This document shows, piece by piece, positions 14,741-27,960 of a stretch of 64,000 nucleotides of DNA. The first letter of the stretch is position 1; the number at the start of each line of letters is the position of its first letter. Position numbers and translations under genes: made by a program. Location: positions 33,046,001 to 33,110,000 of the forward strand of contig OZ024751.1 of NCBI GenBank assembly GCA_964016885.1. The letters are read 5' to 3'. This stretch comes from Eledone cirrhosa (lineage: Eukaryota). The notes beneath the pieces were generated by a model. That model was not told the origin of the DNA. It ran no database searches and was given only the letters and a program-made list of their open reading frames with translations.

Positions 14741-15997
14741 TTTACTATGCGACTGCCGAAGTTGTTCATCACAAACTGAAGTTAATTTCTTCGGTGCCGT
14801 GAATTAGAAGGCAGCTCTATCGCCGCTCACAGATGATGTAGTTCCACAATGAAGCGTCAATACAACAGCAATAATTATAATAGTAAATAGAAATGAATAA
14901 ATGCCAAAAAAAAAAATCGAAATCAGAATCAAGCCGCAACAACAACAACAACAACAACAACAACACAAACAACAACAACAACAACAACAACAACTAAATC
15001 TAAACTGAAAAATAAAAACCTACAAAAATATGAAATCAAAGCAAATTTAAAATCAAAAATGAGAAAGAAAGGAAAATAAGAAAGTCAAGAATGTTGTTAA
15101 GGAGCCACGGTTAACCGCAACATAGAAGTATATCATTTGTTGTGAAGCAGTCTCACAACTTCCACATAATATATATTTCTAGTTTTAAAGCAAATCAAAG
15201 ATGACAACGGTACTGTAGTGGCACAATGGTGGAGCAGATTGTACCTAGGGCTGCCTGTGGTTATATCTGGGGTGATAAATGGTGTGTCTGTGGTTATCTT
15301 TTGAGGGTGATAAATGACAGTGTGAATGTGTTAGTCATGTGGTTGTAGTTGATTCCATTACATTCAATATATAGCCATGACAGATGTGATGGTAGCTTGG
15401 GTTGCAGTAGCATGGCAGATTACAATGGTAACGCCCCTAACCGGGAGTCTTCTATTATTAACGGTGACTGTCGTCTTATTACCGACACCACAAATCAATA
15501 TGGCTCGTGTTAGTTTTGTTGGTGTTGTTGTTGGTGTTAGTGTTGGTGTTGGTGATGGTGCTGGTGTTAGTGTTTGTGTTTGTGTTAGTGTTGCAGTTGA
15601 TGTTGTTGCTTCCAGTTATATCTTAGCCTCTTATGTAACAAAGAATTTCTCTAATGAGCTGGAAAATTCCAACACATTTTCGTAATGTTCAGTGAATGAA
15701 AAATTCTTTCCTTTCTAACTCTTGAGATCTCCTCTAGCTTCATTTCTACCACAGCACCACAGCGCCGCTGCACTGTTTAAGTAATATACTTTCAAAGGAA
15801 TTTAAAAAAGAGAAATGAATCAACTTCCTACTCTTGATGAAAACTGCCGTCTTCTGATCCTCGTTAGTTCTCTAACAATGTTTGTCAAAGAATTAATAAT
15901 AACAAGACTCGGTAAAAATCAGCAACCATGCTATAAGGTATAAGGAAGGACAAGTTGGCGTCGTGCCCATGCCAACTGCAAGAACATCAGTAATAAT

Positions 15998-16110
15998 TGT
16001 TTCTACTTTTGGCACAAGACAAGCAATTAACCAGTGTATCACTGGTACTTTATTTTATCGACCCCGTAAGGATGAAAGGCAAAGTTAACCTTGCCAAGAT
16101 TTGAACTCAG
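15998..16110 (-). mobile_element. 5'-truncated young SINE family A copy with 17-bp TSD
   Basis: Near-identical to the 3' part of the 3172 copy; flanked by AGAACATCAGTAATAAT (15981-15997) and AGAACAACAGTAATAAT (16111-16127). Confidence 0.85.
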
Positions 16111-16127
16111 AGAACAACAGTAATAAT

Positions 16128-16330
16128 GGTTCCTGATTCAGGCAGAAGGCCAGCAATTGTTGGGAGGAGAAAGTCAATTGAATTTACTCCAGTACGTTAC
16201 CGGTACTTTATTTTATCGACCCCTGTCGATGAAAGGCCAAGCTAACCTAGGTGGGATTTGAACTCAGAAGGTAAAGGGCAGTAACTATATACTACAAAAT
16301 ATGTGGTCTCCCTAACAATACTGCCAATCC
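16128..16330 (-). mobile_element. Older SINE family A copy
   Basis: Contains GGCCAGCAATT, GGTACTTTATTTTATCGACCCC and GGGATTTGAACTCAG motifs. Confidence 0.8.
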
Positions 16331-16805
16331 GTTCGACTGATTAATAAAGTAAACTGGAAGAGATCTACAAAATAAAATTGAAAATTTGAAAAAGAAAATT
16401 GGGAGCAGTTTATGAAATAGATTGAAGGGGAAAAGTGACCAGAAGGGATTTGAAGGACTAGAAAATAAAGTCTGTGAGTGAGAGTGGTATAGAGAGAGAA
16501 TGTTAGAGAGAAGAGAGACGTGAAAGTCAGTGATAAAGTGTTAAATGGTAATGTAGTTTATAATCATCGAATCTTTTAGAACAATGTTTAAATAGAAATA
16601 TTTATTCATTAAAAACAGATTTCTGAGGATAGATTTTCGAAGGTCATCCAGTGAGGTTAAATTTGAAGCAAACGAGCGGGACAATATTTGGAATATGTAA
16701 ACGTAATAATTTCAGATTGATATCTTTATGATATGCTAAATAAATTGCAATAATATCTCGAAGACTATCGCATCACACTCATGTGCTTATGCTGTTTCAG
16801 ATCGC

Positions 16806-16856
<51 letters not shown>

Positions 16857-17734
16857 GTCCAAAAATTCTCGTTATCTAGACGTCAAAAAGCCCTCGTGTC
16901 TAAACGTCCAAAAACTCTCGTCACCTAAACGTTCATTTCAATACATAACTGTTTATATTGCTATATTAAGTGGGGAGAGAAAGCCTAACCTTCACATCAG
17001 TACATTTAATCTCTTTCTTTTACCTTTCCCCCACATATCTTACTTGACATGGAACTATAATAATATATCAAGATATAAGTCACAGTTAAGTGCATGAACT
17101 TCCCCCCTTTTCTAAAAAACAAATACCAGATATAAGAAATCCGTGATGATAATGTCATATACAGATTAAAAAAATCTACAATAATATTTAATAGTTTCCA
17201 TTAAGGTATGTTGCATAGGTGTAATTATACGGTAAAAAAAAGGAACAAAACAAGACAAAAACTAATTTTAAAACCTTAAATGAGTATCATAGAACACAAG
17301 AATACTCGTAGAAAGGCGATCGGCAACGTGAGTTAGCTTATTAAAAGAAATAAAATAATACAGAAAAAAATAAACAAACACACAAACCAAAAAATCCTGA
17401 CAAAAACAAAAACAAAGAAAAATGCTTTATTTTCCAAAGTAGCAGGTGTCCAATTACGTTAAACCTTTTCCATTGGTTGGCACTGAGGAATATTGTTAAT
17501 CTTCCTCGAAAGATCACAGCGATAAGAATTTCTCTAATTTTTGTATAGCGATAAGTATCTCGATATCCCTGTTAGGGAATTCTTGATTTCGTTTGATTTT
17601 CGTAGTCAGAGTGTAAAAGTTTATTAGATACAAGGAAGGAAAGGAAAGAAATGGAGGATAAAACGGAAGTAGAAGAGAAAAAATATATAAGTTAGAAGAA
17701 AAAGAAGAAAAGGGAAAATAAGAAGAAAGGAAGA

Positions 17735-18145
17735 GGAAAAAGAAGAAGGAGAAGGAGAAGAAGGAGAAGGAGAAGGAGAAGGAGGAGAAGGAGAAGGAGA
17801 AGAAGGAGAAAAAAAAACCTCGAAGAAGATAAAATGCAAACGATAAGAGAGGATAAATATCTTTTGTAGGAAAATTGTTGCAATGGAGTCGTTAGAGATA
17901 CTGCAAGATTAAGGAACAGTCGCAGAGCAACGGAGAAAATTGTTTTAAATAAAACGACAAAACCAACGAAAGTGACCAGAATTTCTAGTTTTTTCTCCCG
18001 GGCACCAATAATAATAATAATAATGATGATGGTCATGATGGTGGTAATGGTGATGGTGATGATGATGATGATGGTGGTGGTGATGATGGTGGTGATGGTG
18101 GTAGTGGTGATGATGATAATGATGATGGTGGTGGTGGTGATGGTA
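17735..18145. repeat. (GAAGGA)n and (GAT/GGT)n low-complexity tracts flanking unique sequence
   Basis: Directly visible at about 17735-17810 and 18007-18145. Confidence 0.85.
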
Positions 18146-18558
18146 AAGTAGGAACGTCTTATTTTAGATTATAGAATAGCCCTTTATCCAAGTGGCTATT
18201 GATTTAAAGAAAGAACCCTAAAGTAGTTATTTCTTTGGGATGCTAGTGCGCCAATGGAGGGTGGTTGGCCCCTGGAAGGGAGATAAAGATAATGTATACG
18301 TGGTAAAAGAGTTTATAAGATAATATCAGGTGAGAGAGGAAGACATATGGATGGAAAGAAAGGAGGAGTGTGAAAGAGAGAGCGAGAGAAAGAAAGAGAG
18401 ACAGAGAGAGGTGGAGAGAGAGAAAGAGAGAGGGGGGGAGGAAAAGAGCTGCAAGGGATGACAAAATGAGAGTATAATGAGGAAATTGAGGACTGTGAGA
18501 TAGGGAGAAAAATAAAAACAAAAAACCTGTTTGTATTAGTAGCATTTATATATATATA

Positions 18559-18609
<51 letters not shown>

Positions 18610-18805
18610 TGTATATACTGTATATATACAAATGTGTGCGCATACACCCGCATAAACACACGCACTCATATATATATACATATATCTGTGTGTCTGTATG
18701 CATATATATATATATATGTGTGTATGTATAATCCATATAAGTGTATATACACATGCGTATGTACATGTATATATATCTATTTATATGCATATATATGTGT
18801 ATATG

Positions 18806-18836
<31 letters not shown>

Positions 18837-19906
18837 CAATATCTATATCTACCTATCTCTCTATATATATATGTGTGTGTGTGTGTGAGTGTGTGTATGT
18901 GAGTGTGTGTGTGAGTGTGTGTGTGTGTGAGTGTGTGTGTGTGTGAGAGAGAGAGAGAGTGTGTGAGTGCGTGTGAGTGTGTGTGTGTGTAATCTTATCC
19001 AACAATGAAAAAGCAATTGTAACAGAGAAATGAGAGAGAGAGGGAGAGGGGGAGGGGAGAAAGAAAAAAAGAAAGTCAGTTAGAGAAAGGATGCAAGGAA
19101 GGAAGAAAGGTATAAAGATAGAGAGTGCGATACGAGACAGCTTATTCGCGAGAATTGAGAGAAGAATATGGAGAAAAAAATACAGGTGAGGAAGAAATGA
19201 AAAAGAAAAAAAAAACGTAAAATATAAAGTAAAGCAAAATGACAAAATAAAGACAAAAGAAGGGAGAATAAAATTCTAATGATGAGGTATAAAAAAACAA
19301 GAATAAGGTCTCAGAGAAGAAAGGGGCTGGGCTAATATAAAGATGTTTTGTTTTTTCTATATAATATTCTGCATTCCTGCATCTAGAAAGCTATCGATAG
19401 AAGCCTAATACTGGAATAACATTCCTGAAAGTTGATGTGAAGTGACTATTATAGAAGTAAGTCAACGTAGACAGGAGATTAAACACAAGTTTTCCTTGGA
19501 CACGAAGGAATTTCGAAAAGTTTCCTTTTTCTATTTTATTTCTTTCAAAAATTTCACTTTTATTTATTTGTTTATTTATTTGTTATATTTTTACTATAAA
19601 TTTCTCAAGAGATTAGTTTTGTTTCTGCCATTTAATATTTCTCTTTAAGCAAGGAAAAAAATAGAGGTTGGGTGAGGTAAGATGGGAAAGAATTTTAGTT
19701 AATATCAACTTACGTTAAAATATCTTTAGAGTCTATACGTTTTGGGATATGACATAGCAGACCCTTCTATCCAGGATTTTATTAGTTTATTAAGCTGAAG
19801 GACTAAAAAAAAATCCCACTAAGAGAAAATAAAAAAACAAATCACGAAAGAATGTTGAATACGAAAAGATGCTTACAATTTTTCTTACTCAAATATATTT
19901 AATGTT

Positions 19907-20007
19907 CACTAGCAGTGGTACCCGACGTTGCTCAGGAAAACAAATGACTCACTCTCCTTCAGGATCTCTCCTGACAAATGTACACTGCATCTAACAGACT
20001 GGCCTTT
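19907..20007 (+). mobile_element. Possible short non-autonomous Helitron/Helentron-like (HINE-type) remnant
   Basis: Begins ACTAGCAGTGGTACCCGACGTTGCTCAGGA and ends CTCTTTAAGAAATATATAGA; recalled resemblance to HINE/DINE-1-like termini only. Confidence 0.35.
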
Positions 20008-21059
20008 CTCTTTAAGAAATATATAGAATGGCGTGAAGCTATGTATCTAAACTAATGCAGGGAGGTATCCATTCATAGAAGTCTTACGGCATCGTATAAC
20101 CATGAAGAGACGAAGGATAGATAGACTGCAAAATATTTTCTATGTGAAATATTTATGGCGATCGCTTTTAATGAAATAGTGTTTGCTAATTCACGCTCAG
20201 TTGGATGGTATTGTCATATTCTTAACATTAATCGCCTCCTATGCTAAGATGTCTGACTGAAACGCTAAAGTTCAGATAATAAAAGGTTTAGAAGATTATT
20301 ACTGTTGTGACAAGAACTAGCCTAGGCGACAGTTAACTGGATTTACACGCTCTTGCTAAAAGCAACGAAAGTATCAATAAATATTCCACATGAAGGTAAT
20401 ATATTGGATGTAAGTGAACGACAACAAGGGGAAGAGACACTGGAAGGTCATTAGTATCAATTGCAATAAGATACATATAATTCTTTCTTGTTTTTTTGTT
20501 TGTTTTTATTAGTGATAAAAAACAGTTTTATTTAGAATATCCTCGATATAAACGACAGCATTATAATGTGTTGTGATGTCTAATTAACAGCAAGATATTG
20601 CCTTTAAATATTTCGATCGATAACCAGTAATATTTAAATGAATTTCATGATTATTCAAATGCTTCAAGAATTACAAAGAGGTCTATAAAAATTTAAAACA
20701 GAAACATAAATAAATAAATAGACTATTAATTCCAAATGAAATGAGAAACAAAAACTCAGTGAATGAATTAAAGGAAAATGATGAGATCAACGTGTAGACA
20801 TGTTTATCGAAATGTACATCTGTAGCACGTTCAATATTTAGACCAATAGCTTGCCAGATCATTGCTGTCAACATTGACGGAGAAAACGTATTCCATATTC
20901 CGAGAAATGTTCGTTCCAAGCTGATGATTCACTCTTAGTGTTTAGCAATATGACAATATTCAACCGATAATAGAAATGAAGGTTTGAATTTCCTTAAAGT
21001 AAAAGAGAATTAAATAAAAACAGTCTCTTTCTCTCTTCATCCCTCTCCCTTTCTCGCTC

Positions 21060-21135
<76 letters not shown>

Positions 21136-21234
21136 AATCTTTTCCTATTACCCACTCTACTACTTTAAGTATCGAGTACTATGGTGCGTTATGGTCCACC
21201 TAGTTCCTTACCACACTTCCTTCGTTATACATAC

Positions 21235-21267
<33 letters not shown>

Positions 21268-21983
21268 TGTATATATATATATCAATGATTAATAAAAAGA
21301 TCAAAATCCAAAGAGGACTCGATATCTTTTGGTTAAAATTTTTCACTGTTCTAATAATACACATACACATACACACACACACACATACACACACACACAC
21401 ATACACACACACAATGTAAGATTATGACTGCTTGAAAGGTGCATGTTACATGTTTATTTCGCTTTATGTCTCTTTGTGTGTTAAATCCAGCAACTCCTCC
21501 AATATGTGAGGAACAAAATATTTGATATGCAAATTCTGTTCAGCAACCAAGTCGTAGCACCAAAACACTGTTATTATGTTAATTTGGATTACATGACCTC
21601 TCCAACAGAGTTGCAATTTATCAAAATTAATCGGCTTAAAATATTTCACAGCTATTTTGCTCAAATTACAGGGGTCATGTCAATTCCTTCGAATTAATTC
21701 GATTTGATTTCCTTTATGAATATGAAGAAATTTTGAGATAAAAAAATACAAATGGAAAAAGAAATGTGGCATATGATTAAGAAATTATATTTCTGTTTTC
21801 GAGGCGTATTTTCAGTCATTTACCATTCTTAATTATTTTTATCTGAAAGAACATCCGCAATGAAATAATAATAATAGTGTTTTTAACATGTAAACCAAAT
21901 ACGAAATTTGGTATAAGAGGTGAACGAGTAAGACCGCAAATACATACGTTCTCTAGAGAGAGAGAGAGAGAGAAAGAGAGAGA

Positions 21984-22489
21984 TGAAGTTGGAAATAGCA
22001 CGGAAAATATATTTAAGGGTCTGTTCTTCTCTTTTTATCCTTTCTTTGATTCATCAAAGTGACATTATTGAAATAATAACATTATTGAAAAAATGTGAGG
22101 GACAATTCTTTTTTTAAAAAAGTTTTATAATGTATATAAAGTATCCAGTGTAGAGTTTTGTGGTTTATCAAGTTTTTCTGTAAGGGTTGTGAGTTTGCCG
22201 TTTAGCTCTTGTAGAACTTTAAGGATTTTCTCATTTATATTTGTAGTTGTGTTATCGGGTTCCAGTGCCATTTTCCGGATTTGTATAGTTTGATATATTA
22301 GAAAAGGGAAGTAGGGTTCTATACAAAACAATGGATATATAGAAAATGTGAAGTTGGAAATAGCACGGAAAATATATTTAAGGGTCTGTTTTTCTTTTTT
22401 TATTATTTCTTTGATTCGTCAAAGTGACATTATTGGAAAGATAACATTACTGAAAAAATGAGAGGGACAATTCTTTAAAAAAAAAAGAT

Positions 22490-22500
<11 letters not shown>
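21984..22500. repeat. ~155-bp direct repeat pair (21984-22138, 22349-22500) flanking a 210-bp unique segment
   Basis: Both copies begin TGAAGTTGGAAATAGCACGGAAAATATATTTAAGGGTCTG and align to GAGGGACAATTCTTT. Confidence 0.9.
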
Positions 22501-22562
<62 letters not shown>

Positions 22563-22566
<4 letters not shown>

Positions 22567-22818
22567 GCATGGACTTAACTAAGGATGGGTATGCGGACCA
22601 CGTTAGGATCAATCGGTGGTGAATCAGATAAAAAGAAGCGACCTGTATCAATTGTACAAGCAGGGGCATTATAACGAAAGGGTACAACGAAGGGGTACAA
22701 CGATCTTTTGAATCAAGAGTCGGGCTAGATCGATACAGATCGAACCTTGAGCTGATCAATAGCGAAACGCGTGTCACCAATCAATAAACATAATGAAGGC
22801 TTAACAAATCGTTTTTGT
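22563..22818 (+). mobile_element. Probable Penelope-like element terminal remnant inserted in (TA)n
   Basis: Higher-GC island between TA tracts with GCT-loop-AGC-GAAACGCGTGTC (degenerate hammerhead-like motif) followed by AATAAA. Confidence 0.4.
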
Positions 22819-22819
22819 A

Positions 22820-23252
22820 TTATATATATCTATATATATATATATATATATGTATGTATGCATGTATGCATATATACGTATGCATATATACGTATGCATA
22901 TATATGTATGCATATATATGTATGTATATATGTATGTATATAATTATGTATATATATATGTATATATATATGTATGTATATATACATATACATATATATG
23001 TATGTATATATATATGTATATATGTATATATGTATATATGTATGTATATATATATGTATATATGTATGTATACATGTATGTATATATGTATTTATATATA
23101 TATATATGTGTGTATATATGTATGTATATATATATGTATATATGTATGTATATATATATGTATATATGTATGTATATATATATATATGTATATATGTATG
23201 TATATATATATGTATATATGTATGTATATATATATATATATGTATATATGTG

Positions 23253-23285
<33 letters not shown>

Positions 23286-23318
23286 GTATGTATATATATA
23301 TGTATATATATATATATG

Positions 23319-23370
<52 letters not shown>

Positions 23371-23417
23371 TGTATGTATATATATATATATGTATATATA
23401 TATATGTATGTATATAT

Positions 23418-23455
<38 letters not shown>

Positions 23456-23612
23456 GTGTGTGTGTATATGTATATATGTATATATATATGTGTGTATATA
23501 TATGTATATATGTATATATATATGTGTGTATATATATGTATATATGTATATATATATATATATGTGTATATATATGTATATATATATGTATATATATATG
23601 TATATATATATG

Positions 23613-23667
<55 letters not shown>

Positions 23668-23671
23668 ATAT
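22820..23671. repeat. ~850-bp (TA)n/(TATG)n microsatellite
   Basis: Directly visible; source of four artefactual long ORFs. Confidence 0.97.
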
Positions 23672-24282
23672 GTCAGGTCACCAGTTGGTGCTACTGGTAA
23701 CATGTATCCCAGTACAACCTGTCTCATGGCCGGGTTGTTGGCGACTAAACTGGCAACCCCACCAAGGTTTCTTGGTGAGGAGGGTGACTTTGGACATCCT
23801 GCAGGACTAAAAACAAAACCTGTCAAAGGGCAAAGGAGCTCTTAAGAGTCTATGGCCATCCAAAATCACCGGGAGAGATGACCCCTTAGCCTTTGTCAAG
23901 GCAGAATTCTAGGAGAAGGAAAACTCTGATATAACACCTGCAACCCTGATGGTATCCAATGATGTTGACTTGTTCTTCTTTTTGGTAAATATCATCTTGG
24001 TTAAGAGAGTGGGACTGGCTTTGTGCAGTGCCTTTGCTCACTATAAAAGCTTCACGGCACAGGCATTGCTTTATATCTGGAGATCTCTCTGCACTTGTCG
24101 TTACATGGTACCATGGGTCCAGCACTATGTGACAATAATTGCCACAAGTGTAGTGTTTGTACCAGAGTTTTGAAGTCGCTGGCTGGACTAAAAAGTCACA
24201 CTCGTTCAGCGCATCGGTAGGGGTTCTCCTACATGGATATAAAGTAGTGGCTGTACTCGAAATCGAGTTGGCAGCCACCATG
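23672..24282 (+). mobile_element. Short non-autonomous RTE-derived retroelement (5' UTR fused to the extreme 3' end)
   Basis: Contains an RTE 5'UTR-like motif CTAGGAGAAGGAAAACTCTGA. 24140-24220 encodes CHKCSVCTRVLKSLAGLKSHTRSAHR*, a C2H2 finger like those at RTE ORF C-termini. The 3' 150 bp recur at 32974-33122. Confidence 0.65.
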
Positions 24283-27200
24283 CATATATACATGACTTAA
24301 ACTCCTAACTAAACAGTAACTACGGTTTTTGTTTGGTCTTTCATTTGTGGCAAAGTTTTACGAGTCCCTTTTTAGGTTTTATCAGGTCTTCTTATGTTAC
24401 AGTAAATGAAATAGAAGAATCGAAACAAATAATCAATGAGAAAAGGATACGAGAGAGCGGCAAAATATGTAAATGTACATCAGTAATATAACCCTAATTA
24501 TTGATATTGTTATTGACAGATGAAATGAACTGTAGAAAGTTTGATACGTTAGCACACTGGGACACTGTAATGACACCATTATGCAATAAATTATTCGAAA
24601 TCTCTTGACGACATATCTTCCGAGCTGAACATATCTTTGCGTGTTTGATTTATAATTTGTTGTTTTCTTATGAATATTTATTTCAATATGTTTTCAACAA
24701 GATAAGACGATATTCGTTAATCATACTTTTTAGAATATGACTAGCTGTCATTTGTTTTCCCCTACTGTTAACTTTAAGTGAAGTTTATTAACAATGTGAC
24801 ACATTTCTAATAAACTCTAATTCCTATATAATTGTTGTCAAGTATTTAGGTGTCTATGCAAACACGCTTAGGACTGACGTAACAAAAAACGTACACTCCT
24901 CTTCAGTTCTAACGATTCTGTCAACAAAACTCTATTATAACAGCTGCCTTCACTGTTTGTATTATTATTACTTTGTCTTTCGAAGAAATATATTGACAAA
25001 ACACATTATATTCCTCCTTCAGCTTCAAATCCTCTTACTAAAGACAAGAAAGTTGCTAATACAGATAAAAGCAGCTCTATCAAGTCAAATTACGGATAGT
25101 ATTACAACAAATAACCATTAAGTATGCGTTGAAAATTAACATGTTAGTTCCTGTTTTATCGAGGAAATGTGTCTTATTTTCTTATATGTCGGGCAGTCAT
25201 GTTCTCTTGTTATTGTATCTGCTAAAGAATACAACTTTCACCATTGAATAAGGCTGCAATTAACCTAGACTGCCGTTGGCCTGATTATTTTGGTGTAACA
25301 CTTGCAAACACACGACTAGAGAAAACAAAAGGCTTTCATTTCAAGAGAGCAACATAAATTATTACCGGATACACTTGTGTATTATTGTCACTCGTCAAAC
25401 TTATCGTGTGTAACTTTCTTTACTTCCATTATGAGCAACAGATATTAAACAATAATCATATCCACAAAGATTACTAAATTCTCAAACCTATTCTTTGTAG
25501 TTCTTCATTCCTTCTCCATCTACTAAATGTTTCCAAATTTCTTCAGCAGTGAAATTCAACATTTGGTTTTGTAAGTAAAATTCACATATAAAAACGTTTG
25601 TATCGAAATTACCAAATTTTACTATCAGTCAAGTTAAGTACTATGAACAGTTTAATCAATATGCATCTATGTTTCTGTATATTTGGAACATAGTAGTAAA
25701 ATATTTAAGATTGCTACTTCCTCTAGACTAGCATTCTATCCGACGATATATATATTACTATCATTGCTTTGTGCTATAAAACTAGCTTTGATGAATCTTC
25801 CAGTGGCGACCACTGGTTTGTCAAGGAATGAAAGACAGAACACTTGACATTTTTAAGGATCTAAATGACTGTTTAACGGGAGGAGTACGTGTCAACCCAA
25901 CTCTTCATGTTATACTAAGCTTGTATTTAATCGACATATTAATATGCACTACAATAAAATACCTATTTCAGAAACATTTACTAAATTATCCGAAACATAT
26001 AAAGATATTACCAAGTACATCCCTTCTTAGTATTAAATGTTCACACAGTGGCCTGGATCATATCAATTTAGATCAATCCCAAGAATTCATTAACATTTTA
26101 GATTACATATATTTTCTTCATCAATAACAATTTCTATCCTCACTGTGTTAACCAATCAGACCCTCATCTCCTTCATATCCAAACATTCCCACTAACAATA
26201 ATTATTGATGTTTATCATTTTTTTCTATTCATTAATCTCCATCAACAAAAAACCCAAACAACTTAATATATCATATATCATTTAGAAACAAACGAACACA
26301 ATTACCCACTGCGAGAGGAATAAATGCTCTGTCAACTCTCTTCATCTCATGAATAATAACTAATAAAAAAAAACATCACCATTGAACAAATGTCTCTGTA
26401 CTTATAAAGGGGACACAAACTGTCTGAAATGTTCCACGAAGAAAATTGATTTATTTTCTTTGTGGATCAAAAAGTTCTTTACGAGCAAATAAAAGTCCTA
26501 TTAAATAATATTTTCTCTTTATATGATAGATCACGCATCTAGAACAAAACTAAAATTAAGCAAATAAGGAAAAAAATCTGCTTATTTAGTGAATTCTCAA
26601 CAACCATTGAATTTTATTTCTCTCTCTCGTCTTCTTTCTTATCAATTCGATGCCAACCCCACTTGATGAAAAATTTTCGCATCACCCCTGTAGATTCATG
26701 CGTGATAAGAAATTAGAGAATCATCATTTATTTCCTGTATGAGGACTGCTTCATTTAAGAATACTTAAGATGAATATGATAAACGTTGCATGAATACCAT
26801 CCATCTCAATGAATCATATACTGCTAGCTTCTGAGACATTTCCTGCATCGTATCAACCAAATCTATTAGCCATTAACAAGACACAATGTTGATTTTATTT
26901 AGTCTTCTTTTCTTAGTGTGAACTTTTGTTGGAAGTTACAATCGAAAAGAGGGTTCTTTTTTAGTTTTAGTTTTTCTCCTTTTTTTTTACCTTTTTTTAA
27001 CCTTTTTTTTACCTTTAAATTTCTTTACTTAGTTTAGAAATATCTTTGAATATTTGCTACGTGACAAAATAAGTGTCACAAAACAAAACATGTTGAACGA
27101 AAGTTTTACTGTAACAAATAAATAACGATTTCTAAGATCGTTACAAAATCAATTATTGGATTGTGTTGGTTTTCAGACGTAATTTATTAAATCAACTACA

Positions 27201-27419
27201 GTATCAGGCTGGTAATAATTTAAGTTCTCTCAACTAGAAGATTAAAAAATGAAAGTCAATTCAGTCTTGTTATGAACATAGAAGGCATCGGCTCATAGCA
27301 TCACGTAAGATATTTTGTCCGGTCGTCCGATGGTTCGGTCATCCATCGAGCACCAATAATTACATAAAGACGGCTCCGTGTAGAGAAACATGAGCTGGCC
27401 TCAGCAACAGAACATTTTG

Positions 27420-27600
27420 TACTTTTGCTAGGGATCTCAGAATCTTTAATACAGGAGAAACAGATGATAATTCCTCAGACCAATGAAGCAACCTGAACTA
27501 AAGTGACATGGTTAAAGACACAAAGTACCGCCTGGAAAGAACAGGAATTAAACGCACGACTTTACGATCATGAACGGATTAAACTTACCACTGTGCCACG
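27420..27600 (-). mobile_element. Diverged tRNA-derived SINE of a second family
   Basis: Minus strand GTGGCACAGTGGTAAG (A box) ...GCGTTTAATTCC (B-box-like) ...GTGTCTTTAACCATGTCACTTT (CORE-like). Confidence 0.5.
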
Positions 27601-27742
27601 GGAAGAGGATTGCTTCATTTAATAATACTTAAGACGAATATGAATAACGACAGTCGAGAGGAAAACATATTCCGAGATATTTCTATCTTCTGAATCTTAC
27701 TGACAAACATTGTTCGACCCGAGTCTATAACGAGAGACACAC

Positions 27743-27746
27743 ACCT

Positions 27747-27820
<74 letters not shown>

Positions 27821-27960
27821 TCTCTCTCTCTCCCTCTCTCTCTCTCTCCCTTCTCTCACCCTGTCTCCCTTCTCCCTACCTCTCTCACTCTCCCTCTCTG
27901 TCTCTCTTCTCTCACTCTGTCTCCCTTCTCCCTACCTCTCTCACTTTGTCTCTCTCTCTT
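27743..27960. repeat. (CT)n microsatellite and pyrimidine tract
   Basis: Directly visible. Confidence 0.95.

Noticed and set aside
15377-15685. 102-aa hydrophobic ORF
   Set aside because: Hydrophobicity comes from GT-rich low-complexity sequence; no family resemblance.
25828-26127. 99-aa non-repetitive ORF
   Set aside because: No recognisable motif or splice context; length is compatible with chance or TE decay.
26741-27650. ~45-bp imperfect direct repeat about 860 bp apart, as possible LTRs
   Set aside because: Too short, no TG...CA ends or primer-binding site, and the interior is SINE debris.
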